A stretch of DNA of 61,770 bases, filler included, from Jimgerdemannia flammicorona (GCA_003990765.1; 3 parts of 3 records of this genome joined end to end with filler, not necessarily neighbours in it), one strand, 5' to 3'; numbered from the whole stretch's first letter, positions 1 to 12,422 are shown. Numbers and translations: made by a program. The notes: a model not told the origin generated them from the letters alone.

Positions 1-175
1 CCTTGCAAGCAATCTAAGAGATAACAAGACAGTTAAAGATAAGAAGTTTGAGGACTATAAGATCTTGGGAAGGCACTCCAATAAGAACTTGCTTATAACA
101 ACTTGAGTTAGTCTAAGAGATACACCTTGAAGAGAATCTGGCATATTTGAAGGACTCAGCGACCACTACGTGACA
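1..175 (+). mobile_element. 3' end of an LTR-like element (same family as 44347-49254), cut by the contig edge
   Basis: Near-identical reverse complement of 44347-44523 and ends in ...CTACGTGACA (CA terminus). It abuts the decayed LINE. Confidence 0.85.
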
Positions 176-3100
176 ATACATATAGCCAATATCTGGCAAG
201 CCTAATCTAAATAGCAAATATCCATCTAATAATTAATCACTCATCTCTCACCCCTCTTACTAGCCTCCTCTGAAGATCACTCCACCTCTTCTCTACCATA
301 GGCTCTGGTGAGTAGACCTCTAAGCAACTCTCAATTGTTCTTCAAAAGTCTTCCATTATCTCACACTCCTCTAACTAATGCTCAGAAGTCTGTACCACTC
401 TACTCTTCTATTTGATATTGAAACACTCCTTATACTCTAATACTCTTTCATCTACCAAATATCCTGACTAATAGTTCAATATTATATTTCACTACAAAGG
501 CCTCCATCATACTATTTAAAACTTAGGGGAAAGTCACTATACTATCTGCTTACTCTATAACCAAACTCCATTCTAGTCCCACTCCTTACTGATCTCCATC
601 TCATATCATATTACTGGCTATAGATCTTGTCTATGCTCTCACAGATACTCCATATCATTCTTCAAGCTAAAGTTATCCACTGGTATACCTCTCAATAAAA
701 GGCAGTCCCACCTTCACATTCTGAGTCTCCAGTCTTCCTCCCTCTCATTGTCTTATCATCTGACTCTAATTTGATGTATACCATCAACCACTCTCTATTA
801 GAATCTCTTAAATCACATCTTCTAACTTCTCTCTAGTATTACTAGAGATAGCAGATCACCAGATATACTATAGGAAGAGAACTATATCTCCCATACTTTC
901 TGTATAAGGAGTACTCACTTATAGTCTCTCAACTTACTAGCTTACTTTAATTACTATACTCTCAAGCAATGTAGACACTTAGTAAAGTCCACTAGCCTCA
1001 GCCTCCCTCCCAATTCACTGGTAATATTATTACCTCTCAGCTAATCTAACTTCTCTATCCTGTCTAGATCCAGAACCTGACTATCTTCAACAGCCTCTTG
1101 ACTACCTATACTGGAAAATCCAAGTGGTACTCCAGATACTATAACTTGGGCAGCCAGTATACATTCAGTACTATCATCCTTTTAGCTAGAGAGATGTAGT
1201 GACCACTCTACCCTAGAAGAGTATTTTTCCACTCAACTAACTACTGCTCTCACTATTCTCAAGACAGTAGAGACCTATATACAGAGAAGTAGATTCTCAG
1301 ATATATAACAGACTGCCTTACTTACTAGAAAAACTGCTCCAATTATATCTCTCTCTACTCTTCCTCTTTCTAACACCAGAGTTTCACACTTATATTAGTT
1401 TAACTTTGCACCAGAGTATCTCTCATACTATTCCACAGCCTCCTTCAGTACAGCCATGTCTTCTACAGAGCTCTGCCCAACCACTATATCATTAGCAAAG
1501 ACTCCTACCTTCTAATTCACTCTAAGAATATTTAACCTCTTTATCTTATACTGAATTCTGTCTAATAGAGGCTCTAGAGAGAGAGTATAAAGATTCAGTG
1601 ACAGTGGATCTCTTTGTAGCACTCCTCTGCCCAGGAGAAATGAAATCCCCCTATATCTATTAACCAATATTACCTAATCAATAATTGTCTGAACCTTGGG
1701 GGAATACCCATATACTTCAGTACTCTTACTAACTATACTTACTGGACCCTGTTATATGTCTTCTTTTAGTTTAGAAAAACTAGTTAACTCTCTACCCTCC
1801 ATGCTTCTTTAATAACTCTATATATCTATACTATCCTATCTTATATCATGTATCTCCTAATGAAGCCCCTCTATTCAGCCCCAGTACCTACTGAGTCACC
1901 CCTTGAAGCCTAACTACTAATATCTTTATAACTAGCTTACAATTTATATCTAAAAGTATAATTAGCCTTCAGTTCTTCTACTCCTCCTATCTCTTCTTAT
2001 TCTTATATAGTAGAGCTATCAGTCCTAGACACTATCCCCCAATCCACTCCCCTGATCCAATAACTTCATTACATATCTACATCATCTTCTCTAGAGCCAG
2101 CTCCACATCTGCCATCTTTTTCCAGAAATCTCATAGTAGGCTATCTTCCCTAGAAGCTGTTCTGAGACTTATTGTTATCAAAACCCTACATATCTCCCTA
2201 CCTTAGACAGATACTCCTAGGTCCCCAAGACCCTCTGCTGGACCCACCTCCTTCCCCCCAGGAGTCACTGGCCACCCTTCATCCAGTATTGAGATATCAG
2301 TCTCTGTACTCACAGCCTCATCCCACTTCTCTTCTTAAATATCCACCAGTTCATCCTTGCCCACTGCCACCACCTACCCCCCCTTCACTATCTCAGAGAC
2401 TCTAAAGTATACTCACTGAGCTCCCTGCATGGGCATATCCTCCACCACTCTGCCCCTTAAAGCTAGACCCTGTCTAATAAGAGACATAGAGGTTAGGGAA
2501 GACTCTCAGACCTCAAAGGTACCATCTACATAAGGGTCACATCTCTTTGCCTCCTCTCTCACATCTAGTCCCTTTACTATATTCTCTCTATCATTACTAG
2601 TCTAGACACTCTCCTTAGCTCCCCTCATGATTCCAACACCACTAGTATCCTTCTTTGCTCTTCTTTCCATATTTGCCAACAGCTCTCTCTGCCTCCTGCA
2701 TTCTTGGGACCTTTTCCATAGTTTCTTATCTACTCAAATTCTCTTTCCATTTACTACTTCCAAATGTATTGACTTGACATACACCTTCCAAGCCTTTGTC
2801 CTCTACTCTACAGTATCACTCAGCTCCTCTAATGCTTTCAACAGATCCTCTTCCTCCTCCTCACTCTCCTTCACCCTTGTCACCTTATATAAGAAAGCCC
2901 CCTAGACCATCACTGAAGGCCAGTCTCTAGCCTTCCTGATAGCCTCCTTCTCTGCCAACCAAATTCTAATATCAACATCTCCAGTCCAGAATGAGGTCTC
3001 CTCCTAGACCCAGAACCCAACATCAACCACCTCTCTATACTTGGCCATAACTTTCTTAACTCTCCTCTTTGTCTCCTTAGTAGTCACCATGGGCACCTCT

Positions 3101-4172
3101 TTTACCAGCAATTACACCACCCTGGGGTTCCACCTCAAGTAATATACCATCAGAACACACACCTCTCCAACTATTAGCCCAGCCTTCAGTACTTTCTCCA
3201 ATGGCCCAGCCTCCTCAAAGCCAACCTCCACTCCTTTCAGTCCCTTTGAAACTTTATGGACACAGCTCTAGCCACTTGCTTAGCAATCAGCCCCAGTATC
3301 ATTTTTGCCATCACTGCCAAGCCTCTGAAGCACAAAGTAACAGTGAATTCTAAGATCAACTTCTTGAATAATAGTCACTACCAGGTCCATTACACTATCT
3401 GCTAGATCTCCCATCTATCCAAGCCCTATCCTCTCAGCTCTTCCATCAGTAGTTACATCTGGATTTTTTTCCAGATTGGTAGTCCCACTGTCATTAGTTA
3501 TCACACTCACTCTAGCCACTATACCCTCAGCTCTACTACTCCTTCCACCAAGGGCTGCACCCTCATATCTGATTATCTATACCATCTTCTTGCCCTTCCT
3601 CAGCCAGTCCTCTAGCCCAGATGCTGGCTGCTCTCCTTTTGCTATATCTATGAAACTTACCCTCTCTGTTTTCTGCCCTCTGACCCTGCTCCCTCCCCTT
3701 CTATGACCTCCCATCAGCAGACCCCTCATACTCTCCCCCAAGCCAGGACCTCTCCCTATATGCTATCAGTTGAATATACTAGAGCCACTCTACCTAGTAT
3801 ATACCTCAGAATATATATTAGTTGTCATATTATTAGACTCCACTCTCTGAAAAGTGTGTTGTGAGTATTGCTAAAAGGTTGTATAATCTGAATATTACTG
3901 AAGAAAGATGATGCTCAAGCCTGTCTTAATTATATTACTATATCAGCTCTTTGTTCTAGTTAAGTATAGCTAAGATATCTGATCTAAGTAGTCTCAGACT
4001 CTCTAATAATCTCCAAGTACCACTACAGTATACTGAGAGTAGCTGAGAGTAATACTTACTATCTAACCACTTTACACTAATCAGAAGACCCTACTAATAT
4101 AGTATTCACCCCAGCTCTGATAACTATCACTAGTCTGATACCTAACTGATCTACTATAATCACCCTTCTGTC

Positions 4173-5718
4173 TAGTACTCCCAAAATGAATATTTGAATC
4201 AATTTGAAGTAAATATATATGGTATTCAAATCAAATTAATTCAATTTGATTCAAATATTGTTTTGATTTCCAAATTAGGACATATGAGTTTTTATCTGAT
4301 TTCAGTAACCTTAGTGTTATTAGAAAGCTATTATAGAGAGCTTTTCAATAACAGCTCCTTTCTCTGCTACCTTACTGGTCACAAGGTTTGGTAGGTGACC
4401 TTCCGAGTCCCCTTTCCCCTATTTTTACCCCCTCTACCTTGGGTTGGTTTACTGTGCCTGCAGGGGCATGGTGGGAGGAGGGCAATGGTGATAAGTTGCC
4501 CCTTTATCAGTATTGGATCAGTGCTTTCTCCACTTTTTTGTGGATTCTGGTGCCTTCGGCTACATCTAGGGTATACTTATTTGGGTATAGTGCCTTCTTC
4601 CTTTTGCCATTACCAACAAGGTGTTGTCTCGGTATATCTTGGGCTACATAGGGAGTCAGCCGACCTTGGGCATCAAGTGCTCAGTGTAGGTTACCTACAG
4701 GTCCTCAGTGTCTGTAGTGGGGCCCTCTGGCTTTGGTGAGCTTCCCAGTGAGTGTGGTTCTGACATAGGTGACTGCTTTTCAGGTGTTGTCGAGATGGGA
4801 GGGGAGATAGCCATCACAGATAGGAGGAAGAGTAATAACAGTGAACCAGTAGGGTACCAGACTGGGGGCAGTCATCGGGGCTGGGGCAGGTACTGCTTCA
4901 GTGGGGCCTTTTGATTGGTGTGGCATGGTTAGGTGGTAGGTGTCACTATCAGCTTCTTTTGGTGGTCAGTGGGGTTGGGCTCCAGTCATCAAGAGAGGTC
5001 AGGAGGCCCGAGGCTACCCATTTCAGGCATCTTGGCTACACTCAACTGGAACCAAGAGCTGACATGGCAATGTGATTGAGGTCTGCAGGCTTGAGTAGTG
5101 GGGTATTGGGGGTTTCCTCTTGCCTCACGTGTAAGTCCTTTACTCACCTCGACTGGGAGAACCAGGCCCTACCCACCATGTTGTGCTTTGATGAGGGTTT
5201 TTTCTTTATCTGTCATTCTCTTTGGGGTGGCAGGGGCTATTCTATTTGGCTTGGGCATGGCCTTGTATATATGTTGGGTTCTCAGGCATGTGCTTTCGGT
5301 CATTGGCATATGGTTGGGTTTCCCCTGGTGGTAGGGAGAGCATGGTGTGCAGAATGAGGTATGGGTCTAATTGGCCCTACTGCACCTGATATAGTTGAGC
5401 TGCTGGACAATAGCTAGTCTAGGTTAATGAGGGGGCAGTGCTTGGTGGGTGGTGGGGGAGGGTTTTGGCCTATATAGTCTAGGTTCTCTTCCAATAAAAA
5501 TCCGCGGGACATGAGTCCATAAAAAAAAAAAAAAAAGAGAGCTTTTCAATAATACTAGTTTCATCAAAATTAGATGAAAACTTATAGAGTTATTGAGAAA
5601 AATGTTTGTGTCCTAATTTGGAAATCAAAATAATATTCAAATCAAATTAAATCAATTCAATTTGAATACTATATATATCTACTTTAAATTGATTCAAATA
5701 TTCATTTTAGGAGTACTA
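4173..5718. mobile_element. hAT-like MITE (~345 bp once the nested insert is removed)
   Basis: TIRs of >110 bp (TAGTACTCCCAAAATGAATATTTGAATC... / ...GATTCAAATATTCATTTTAGGAGTACTA). Perfect 8-bp TSD CTTCTGTC at 4165-4172 and 5719-5726. Confidence 0.9.
4352..5535 (+). mobile_element. Non-autonomous ~1.2 kb poly(A) retroposon, copy 1
   Basis: AATAAA near 5493, poly(A) at 5521-5536, and a perfect 17-bp TSD AGAGAGCTTTTCAATAA at 4335-4351 and 5536-5552. Homologous end to end with the copy at 45802-49142. Confidence 0.9.
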
Positions 5719-5840
5719 CTTCTGTCTATCTATAATAGCCATCTCCCCTCCTATCTTGACTCTACTTAAGAAGTAGTTATCTATATCAGAACTATACTCA
5801 CTAGAAAGCTTGCCAAAGCTCAGAGAGCTCCATCACAGTC

Positions 5841-6110
5841 TGTGCTCTCAAATAAATCAAATTAATTCAAATTGAATCAAATTGAGAGTCTAATTTGAAT
5901 ACTATTTTTCGAAATATAATAACTTGACAAAAAAATATCCAAATTTAACAATCATTAGCTTGTTCAATTCCTCTTATATAGAGGAATCTAATAAGCTAAA
6001 GATCATTAAATTTGGATATATTTTTATTGAGTTATTATATTTCAAAAAATAGAGATCAAATTAAATCTTAAATTAAATTAGACTTTTGATCTAATTCATT
6101 GAGAGCACTA
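5841..6110. mobile_element. Fold-back AT-rich MITE (~270 bp)
   Basis: Imperfect palindrome over its whole length: ends GTGCTCTCAA/TTGAGAGCAC, centre TTCCTCTTATATAGAGGAA at ~5968-5986. No clear TSD. Confidence 0.75.
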
Positions 6111-6299
6111 TACCTATCCCTCCCCCCCTTTCCCCCCCACACTCATTCTCTATATACATATATATTCTTATAACTATATTCTTCCTCTAACCTATCTTTC
6201 TATCTTTATTATAATCTCTCTTTGATTCTACTTTTCTGAAATATATCTAGAAATCATCTGTATAGTCTGCAGAAGTCTCCCAGGTCTCCTCTATTATTT

Positions 6300-6960
6300 A
6301 ATCACTTATAGTACTGAGATCAAAGCAGAAATTCAAAAACTAGAACCTTTTTAAAGATAAGCAACTGGTTATATCTTGGCTAGAGATTGTGTAAGATCCT
6401 ATTATTAAAAATAAGCAGAAGTTGAAGGACTTCTAATAGCATATACAGCAGTTCTTTCAGACTGCTCTTCTAATATAAATTAATCAGAAGATAGTCTCTT
6501 GAACTGCTAGTGAATGATCTAGCAAATAATCAATAAGTTTGTAGACTGTTTTACTACCATTGAAGATCAAAATAAAAGTAAAAAAACATTAGAGGACAAG
6601 GTTGCAGATATTAAGATATTGTACTTTGAGAACTATAGTAAGACATTCACCATAGACCCCTTGTAGCATAAGTTGCACAATGCTCCAAAATAGTAAGAGT
6701 TCATTAGATAGTTAACTAGTAAGAAAAAGCACCAATTCACTATCTAGAATAAGGAGAGAGAAGAGGGTCTGCCTTCTATCTCTTCTTCTGAAAAAGAGTA
6801 TCTAAGAGAGTATAAAAGTATAAAAAGAGAGACCACAGAAGATATATTGATTACTACCAGTATAGAGAGGCTGATAAATAAGATAGAGAGGAAGAGCAAA
6901 GCTCATAGAGAATAGAGTCATATCCAGCAATATAGAGAATATGAGTAAGATGCAAAAGCG
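6300..6960 (+). pseudogene. Harbinger accessory Myb/SANT-NAM-associated ORF remnant
   Basis: 'KQLVISWLEIV*DPIIKNKQKLKDF**HI' and 'FTIDPL*HKLHNAPK*' match the Harbinger ORF2 patterns W-x-x-I-x-x-D-P-I...Q...FW and F...W..L...PKW, with Trp codons mutated to stops. Confidence 0.7.
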
Positions 6961-7282
6961 GTAGTACTAGCTGAAGTAGACCAAGATACTCTATAAACTG
7001 CAAAACTCTCAGAAATAAACTACTTCTTTTCATATTTTACTAATAAACTACTTATTCTCTTCTGTCAATAAAAGTACTTATTTTTACTATTTTACTCCTC
7101 TTCTCTCTTCTATTATCAAAGGTGTTTGATAAGATCATTTTGAAGCTAGTGGTATATTATAGAGGTTTGAATACTCTGATATCAATAGACAAACTTATCA
7201 AATATATAGTTTTTCTCATAAGGAGGAGAAATCAAAAAGAATAAGAACAGGTTATTATTGAAATCTAGTTTGTAAATTTTAC

Positions 7283-8350
7283 ATTCATCTTCAACAATTA
7301 TATTATATAAGATGATATATATAGTCATAATATTACTCAGATTCTCCTTTTATCAGAAATAAGCAGAACTGGAGACTAGAGAAAATCTGGCTTACAGAAT
7401 ACTGAACACTCTCTCCATATTCTTTCTAACTACTTCTTGCATTATGGCAAAGTATTTCTTCTTTATTTCTTGGAGTTGCAAAATGGTCTGAACCAGTATT
7501 GTCCAAGAGAGATAAATGTTATCTATGAGAAAATATCTCATTTGGTAGTTGTGACCATTGATCCTGAATATTATAACAGGTGCTCAACCACTCTGCAGCT
7601 CTGCAAAAAGTAGAGACCTATTTAGAATATTGATATCATTGTGGGATTCTGATATCTCAAAAAATATATATATTATATTCATAAGTTATATAAGGCAATA
7701 GCCTTGGTCAGGCTCATTTCTTTATTAGTATACTGGCTCTGCTAGACCATTGAATAGTTTTTCTAATTCCAGTATATATAGTTGAGACTATTCAATATAT
7801 CAGGAAAGCTTTACTATTTACTAACTATTAGAAGTCATTCTATATCATCTTGGTTGGAGCTATACAGATACTTATTATCAAATATATAGATAATAGCTTG
7901 ACAGAAGTATTTTAGACCTTGATGATTATAGTCTTACTATATATATATATCAATAGTATTAGCTGGTGTTCTATATGCTAGCTGGTAGATAATTGTGGTA
8001 TATTTCTAGATAAGCAAAAGTCTGAGATTTTCTAGAGTATCAGGTTTCTACTAAAAGTAGACATCATAAGTCTCTATAGCTTCTACAATGTAGAGGAAGA
8101 GTGAATGATATATTCTGAAGTATTAGTGGAAGACCTTTCTGCTGTAGACTGGCTCTAGAGCAAAGTAGTTCTTGATGATATGCTCATGACCTTACTAGAT
8201 ACCTCAATCCATATTTGGAGCTCTGCCCAGATATGAGCTGCTATGGTTTGACCATTCTTCAAGCAAATTTTCTGCTGCAAGGAGAACAATAGCTTGCTGG
8301 GCTTCTCCATTATTAAATTCATCAAGAAAGTCAGAGTCAGAATCTATGGC
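7283..8350 (-). pseudogene. PIF/Harbinger DDE transposase remnant (plant transposon protein type)
   Basis: 'HEHIIKNYFALEPVYSRKVFH*YFRI', 'QLAYRTPANTID', 'FPDILNSLNYIYWN*KN', 'SHNDINILNRSLLF', 'INGHNYQMRYFLIDNIY' and 'QEVVRKNMERVFSIL*ARF' are collinear with the Harbinger transposase consensus. Confidence 0.9.
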
Positions 8351-8719
8351 AAATGAGACATCTGTGGCAAACATATAGGTAGACCTATGTGGAAGTTGGT
8401 GGGTGGTGTGTTCAGTTTGACCCTCTATTTGCAGTGTGCATGCTGGTCTTGTTAGGACTAAATAAAATAAAGGTGTCAGGATAAGCCTTATCTTGGGTGT
8501 AATTTACCCCTAAATTTAACCCTCCTGGTGATGCTCTTAATATTATATATATATTACTCGATTGTATATTTATTCGAAATAGCTTATTACTCTTTATTAC
8601 TCATGATCAATATTCTTGACAAATAATATATGTAATTCTAGATCGCATCGCAGTTACAGGCAGAGCCACTTCAAGTCAAAGATATTCGACAGTGGTGGTA
8701 ACAAGCGTTTATCAAATCC

Positions 8720-9165
8720 GTGCTACTTTCCCATAGAGGTTACCGCTCTGGTGCTCAAATACATCCCCATCAACGAGAACTACGCCAAGAGCATGTTCAA
8801 GTTTGCCTTCGTCGAAAAGAGCTGGAACGAACCGCCCATCCCCAACCTAGGTAAATGATGCCATCATCACTTCCACGTCTCTTCATATGCGGGGACCTCA
8901 AGAAGATCATGCTGCACTTTTGCAGCCGCCCTCTTTAGCAAATCTCTTATCCATGCTGCCCAGTCCTGGCCCAACCTGACCCACTGATATTCAGAGCATC
9001 GGCGAACATCAGCACATGGAACCTTTCAAAATTCATCACAGTCTCAAGGTTTTGCGCATAATTGCAAATAGCTCGACCCACCCTTCTCCGACCATATCAC
9101 CGACGGCCCCCTCCGCTCCATCGGCGAGCACATGCAGAGCCTCAAAGTTCTTGATATAACTGCAT
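8720..9165 (+). pseudogene. F-box/LRR gene remnant
   Basis: F-box-like 'FPIEVTALVLKYIP...FKFAFVEKSW' followed by LRR-like 'DHITDGPLRSIGEHMQSLKVLDIT'. The frame is broken. Confidence 0.5.
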
Positions 9166-10685
9166 CAAATAATTAAATATATAAGAAGGTTAATTGTTTG
9201 CAATGGGGGCGTTGGGGCGTATCCCCTGTGTGTCATTAGTTTTTTAGTATCAGCAATATTTCACTACGCTCAGTCTGCCCGGTATCTACAAACTGGAATA
9301 AATAAATGCGCAATAACCCGCAAATCATTTGATTACGACCCCATGGGCACCGATCGGGCATCCATCCAGCTGGGCGGGTCAACCCTACCGAAAATGCTCG
9401 CATTAAAAAAATAAAATAAAAATAAAATAAAAATAAAAATAAACACGAGGCGGGGGATGACATTATACACATTTACAACATCCGTGAAAGAACAAAAAAA
9501 TCAATCGGGTTGCTATTACAGCTTCTCGGTAATAAAAGCAACAAAGCGTGAGAATTCTACTGGTTGCCATGTCCCTCGGATCTGTTTCCTTACCGGTTAG
9601 TGGTCGCTAAAACTTTTTTTTCCTCACGAGGAAATGAAGGGGGGGGGAGCTTCGTTACTAGATTTATCGCTCTCTTTTACATAAATAAATGTTGTGTTCA
9701 GTGTGAAAACCGTGCTCCCCTGATACCGGTTTGGCTGGTTTTCGTTTAGGGAACCAATTTTTTTTTTGCAAATTGCGATGGAGCAACAGTAACATTCACA
9801 GGTGACGTCACTTCAGAAAAAGGACAGCGCAAAGCGCAAAGAAAGATTCAGAAGCACAGCGCGGAGCAAGGCAGCAATGAAGCAGAACAAGACAGGTCGG
9901 TGGGGGACAGGCTCGTAGAACCCCGCGAGCGAAGCGAGTGACGGAGAAAAGACGCCGACAGACCGACCATAGTCACTGAAGCGCAAGTAGTCTACGCATT
10001 GTAATTTGAATGGTCAAAGATAGAAAGATATAGTGAATCAACTCCTTGGCGAAAGCCATGTCAGAGAAGGCGAAATAACATACCTCGTGAAAAGCAGATA
10101 ACCATATTGTAGAAAGCTCGGCGGGGCCACGATGTCGTAGATAAGGTCGGCGATCTGGTAAAGAATGCCGTCTGGGTGAATACCCTCTTGCCGACGATGT
10201 TGGCGGCGGCTTCTTCGGAGATATTGTACATTGATTGACGAACATAGAATAACTTAGTACTATCTAGTGAAATTTGAATACTTGGCAACATAAACGATCT
10301 GCTCACCTTTGGCTATCAAGCGGTATTTGTTTCACCACGAGATCGTCGTCGCTTCTTGGAATGTAGTGAACTATAGGAAACCTGATGGTAGCGGCTTTAG
10401 TACTATCTGGTGAAATTTGACAAACAATCTGCAAGAAAGCGATTGAATTTATCGTCGTCGCTTCCTGGAATGTAGGGAACTAAAGAAAAGAGGGCATTTA
10501 GCCCTAGGCTTGGCTACTCTTAGGATAGAGAAGGAAAAAACAGCTAATAGCATACAAGTGGCAGGAGGATTGACGGCGGTCTTCTCCAAGCGGCTTGGAG
10601 TGTTGTTCAGGTCGTCGTTCTGGCTGTCGTTCGACGTTGTGGAGAAATATATACACCGCGTCGAAAATTTTACTGCATTCACATA

Positions 10686-10860
10686 ATGATGACTTTCACG
10701 TCCCTTCGCGCCTTTCCCTTCCTCCTTTCATCGGAACCCCATGTCGGAGCACCAATCCTACCACATCCTCCACCACTACTATATAACTTCAAGCAATCTG
10801 CTATGTTGAACGACACCCCCAAGCCTTTCTTCGCAGGCCTGTCGGGATGTCAAGGGAGTG
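10686..10860 (+). pseudogene. Isolated first-exon fragment of a Tda10/D-glycerate-3-kinase-like P-loop kinase
   Basis: 'KPFFAGLSGCQGSG' ends at a GTATGT donor within the Walker A motif. No downstream GKT/S exon was found. Confidence 0.45.
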
Positions 10861-11479
10861 GTATGTACGGGTCACAAAAGAGAAGTTGGGATATAGGTGA
10901 AGGGAGATGGACGATGTTTGTATATACTATGCAAGTTGTCGAAAAGATACCTACTCCTTCTCGTCGTGCGGCCTATCTACGCGATACCAAAGGTTCCCAT
11001 CCTTCATCAATCGGCATCCTCCCCCTCCCCTCCTCTTCTTTAAAACAAATAACATTGTTGTACCAACTTCCCCCATTTGCCGTCCTTCCCTTTCCCTTCC
11101 CCGTCGCCCCCTTAAGCCGTTGTATTGCCTCCTCTCGCCAAGTCACGTACTCGGCATACCGCTTCGTGTTTCTATAGGATTGGAGCGAGATCTGGAGCAA
11201 GGCAGTTAGAATCAGTGTAAGGTGTAATGATGGTTTTAGCGATCGTTTCAAACCAGGAACATAACAACAAAGAACTAAGCAAAAATTCAAAAATGGAGTA
11301 ACAAATATAAAAAAAGTCCCCCCTGCTTACTATCGAAACAATTCCGGATGACGGCACATCTGCCGGACCATCACCACCCGTAGCATCGGCTGTTGCATTG
11401 ACAGCTCCTCTGTCTCCAACTCCGCTTCCATCTCCGTCTTCGCCTTCTCCTTTCCTTTGCCCGAACCCTTCGGCCTCTC

Positions 11480-12120
11480 TTCTTAGACACCATCCCGCTT
11501 CGCCTCCTCCTTCTTCTCCTCCTTCTCCTCCATCCCTTCCACATAATCCTCGGTCCTCTTCCTGCTTCTCAATCCTGCCACATCCTCGATCTCTGTCGCC
11601 TCGTCCGCTCCCTTCCTCTTGCGCTTCCTCGCTGTCCCTGCGGTCCTGAGCCGCGCCAGTTCGGCTTCGCAATGCTCCTCGATCGTTTTGATTTGGCGGT
11701 TGAGGTCGGCGGACGGGCAGACGCAATGAATCTGGACGGGGTGGGTTATGTAGCGATGAAGAGAGAGAAAATAAGTATGTGATGCACGCGGCTGTCAAAA
11801 GAAACTTGCGCGTCTGCAAACCATGCACTCTTCCAGGGCAGTTAATCGGGATACTAAAATCATAACTATCCGAACAACTCTTCTAATTAAGCACATATTA
11901 AATAGGAAATAACTTGAAGAGCCTACCGTGACAGCCTTACAACACACCCTGAACACCGCCCCTTCCACACCGGCTTCTCGAGCTCAGTCTTGGCGGCGTG
12001 CACCTACGAGGCGTTGAGAGAGCCGATGTACCGCTCGCATAAGTGAGCCCAGACACGCTCGACCTGCGGGACCACTGTGGTGCAAGGGAGTCGAAAGTCA
12101 TATCCTTTACTTGAGGTAAC
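11480..12120 (-). pseudogene. Possible decayed multi-exon gene of unknown function
   Basis: Coding-like segments ('VVPQVERVWAHLCERYIGSLNAS*', 'DLNRQIKTIEEHCEAELARLR...KRKRK') with an internal stop and intron-like spacers. Confidence 0.3.
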
Positions 12121-12422
12121 CACAGAAGATGTGAATTGCTTCTTTTCGGGATGTGAGAGGTCATAAACATCACATTGTTTGTACTGTTCACGGCGTAATG
12201 AATAGGCCAACTGGTATGCTATGATCATCATTGGTTGTGTCTGTGCAAAAGTGCGATAAAGCCAATCGCATAAAAAACGAAGCTCCAATTCAAACACTGG
12301 ATCAATATTTCTTTGCTACTTTATTCGTATGTCGTTCTCGATCTGTAGACAAGAATGGAAATCATTTCTTCAGCGAAGATCTTTTTGACTAATTTCCACT
12401 CAATTCGACTTCTGCGTCCAAT

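Larger units (their letters stand above)
176..5840 (-). mobile_element. Decayed non-LTR (LINE) retrotransposon: RT remnant, ORF1-like remnant and 5' leader, interrupted by a hAT MITE
   Basis: Minus-strand RT motifs with many stops: 'DFWKK' (~2120), 'LIALLYKNKKR*EELKN*RLILL' (~1955-2020), 'LGRGVLQRDPLSL' (GVRQGDPLSP-like, ~1598-1636) and 'VGVFAND' (YADD-like, ~1488-1510). CpG is almost absent. Confidence 0.85.
6200..8540. mobile_element. PIF/Harbinger DNA transposon (left end not resolved)
   Basis: Two convergent Harbinger ORFs. The right terminus ...CTGGTGATGCTCT|TAA resembles the Harbinger AGAGCATC TIR with a TAA target. Confidence 0.8.

Noticed and set aside
2172..5357. Plus-strand ORFs in the ORF track
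   Set aside because: They are antisense shadows of the decayed LINE or chance frames in the non-coding retroposon.
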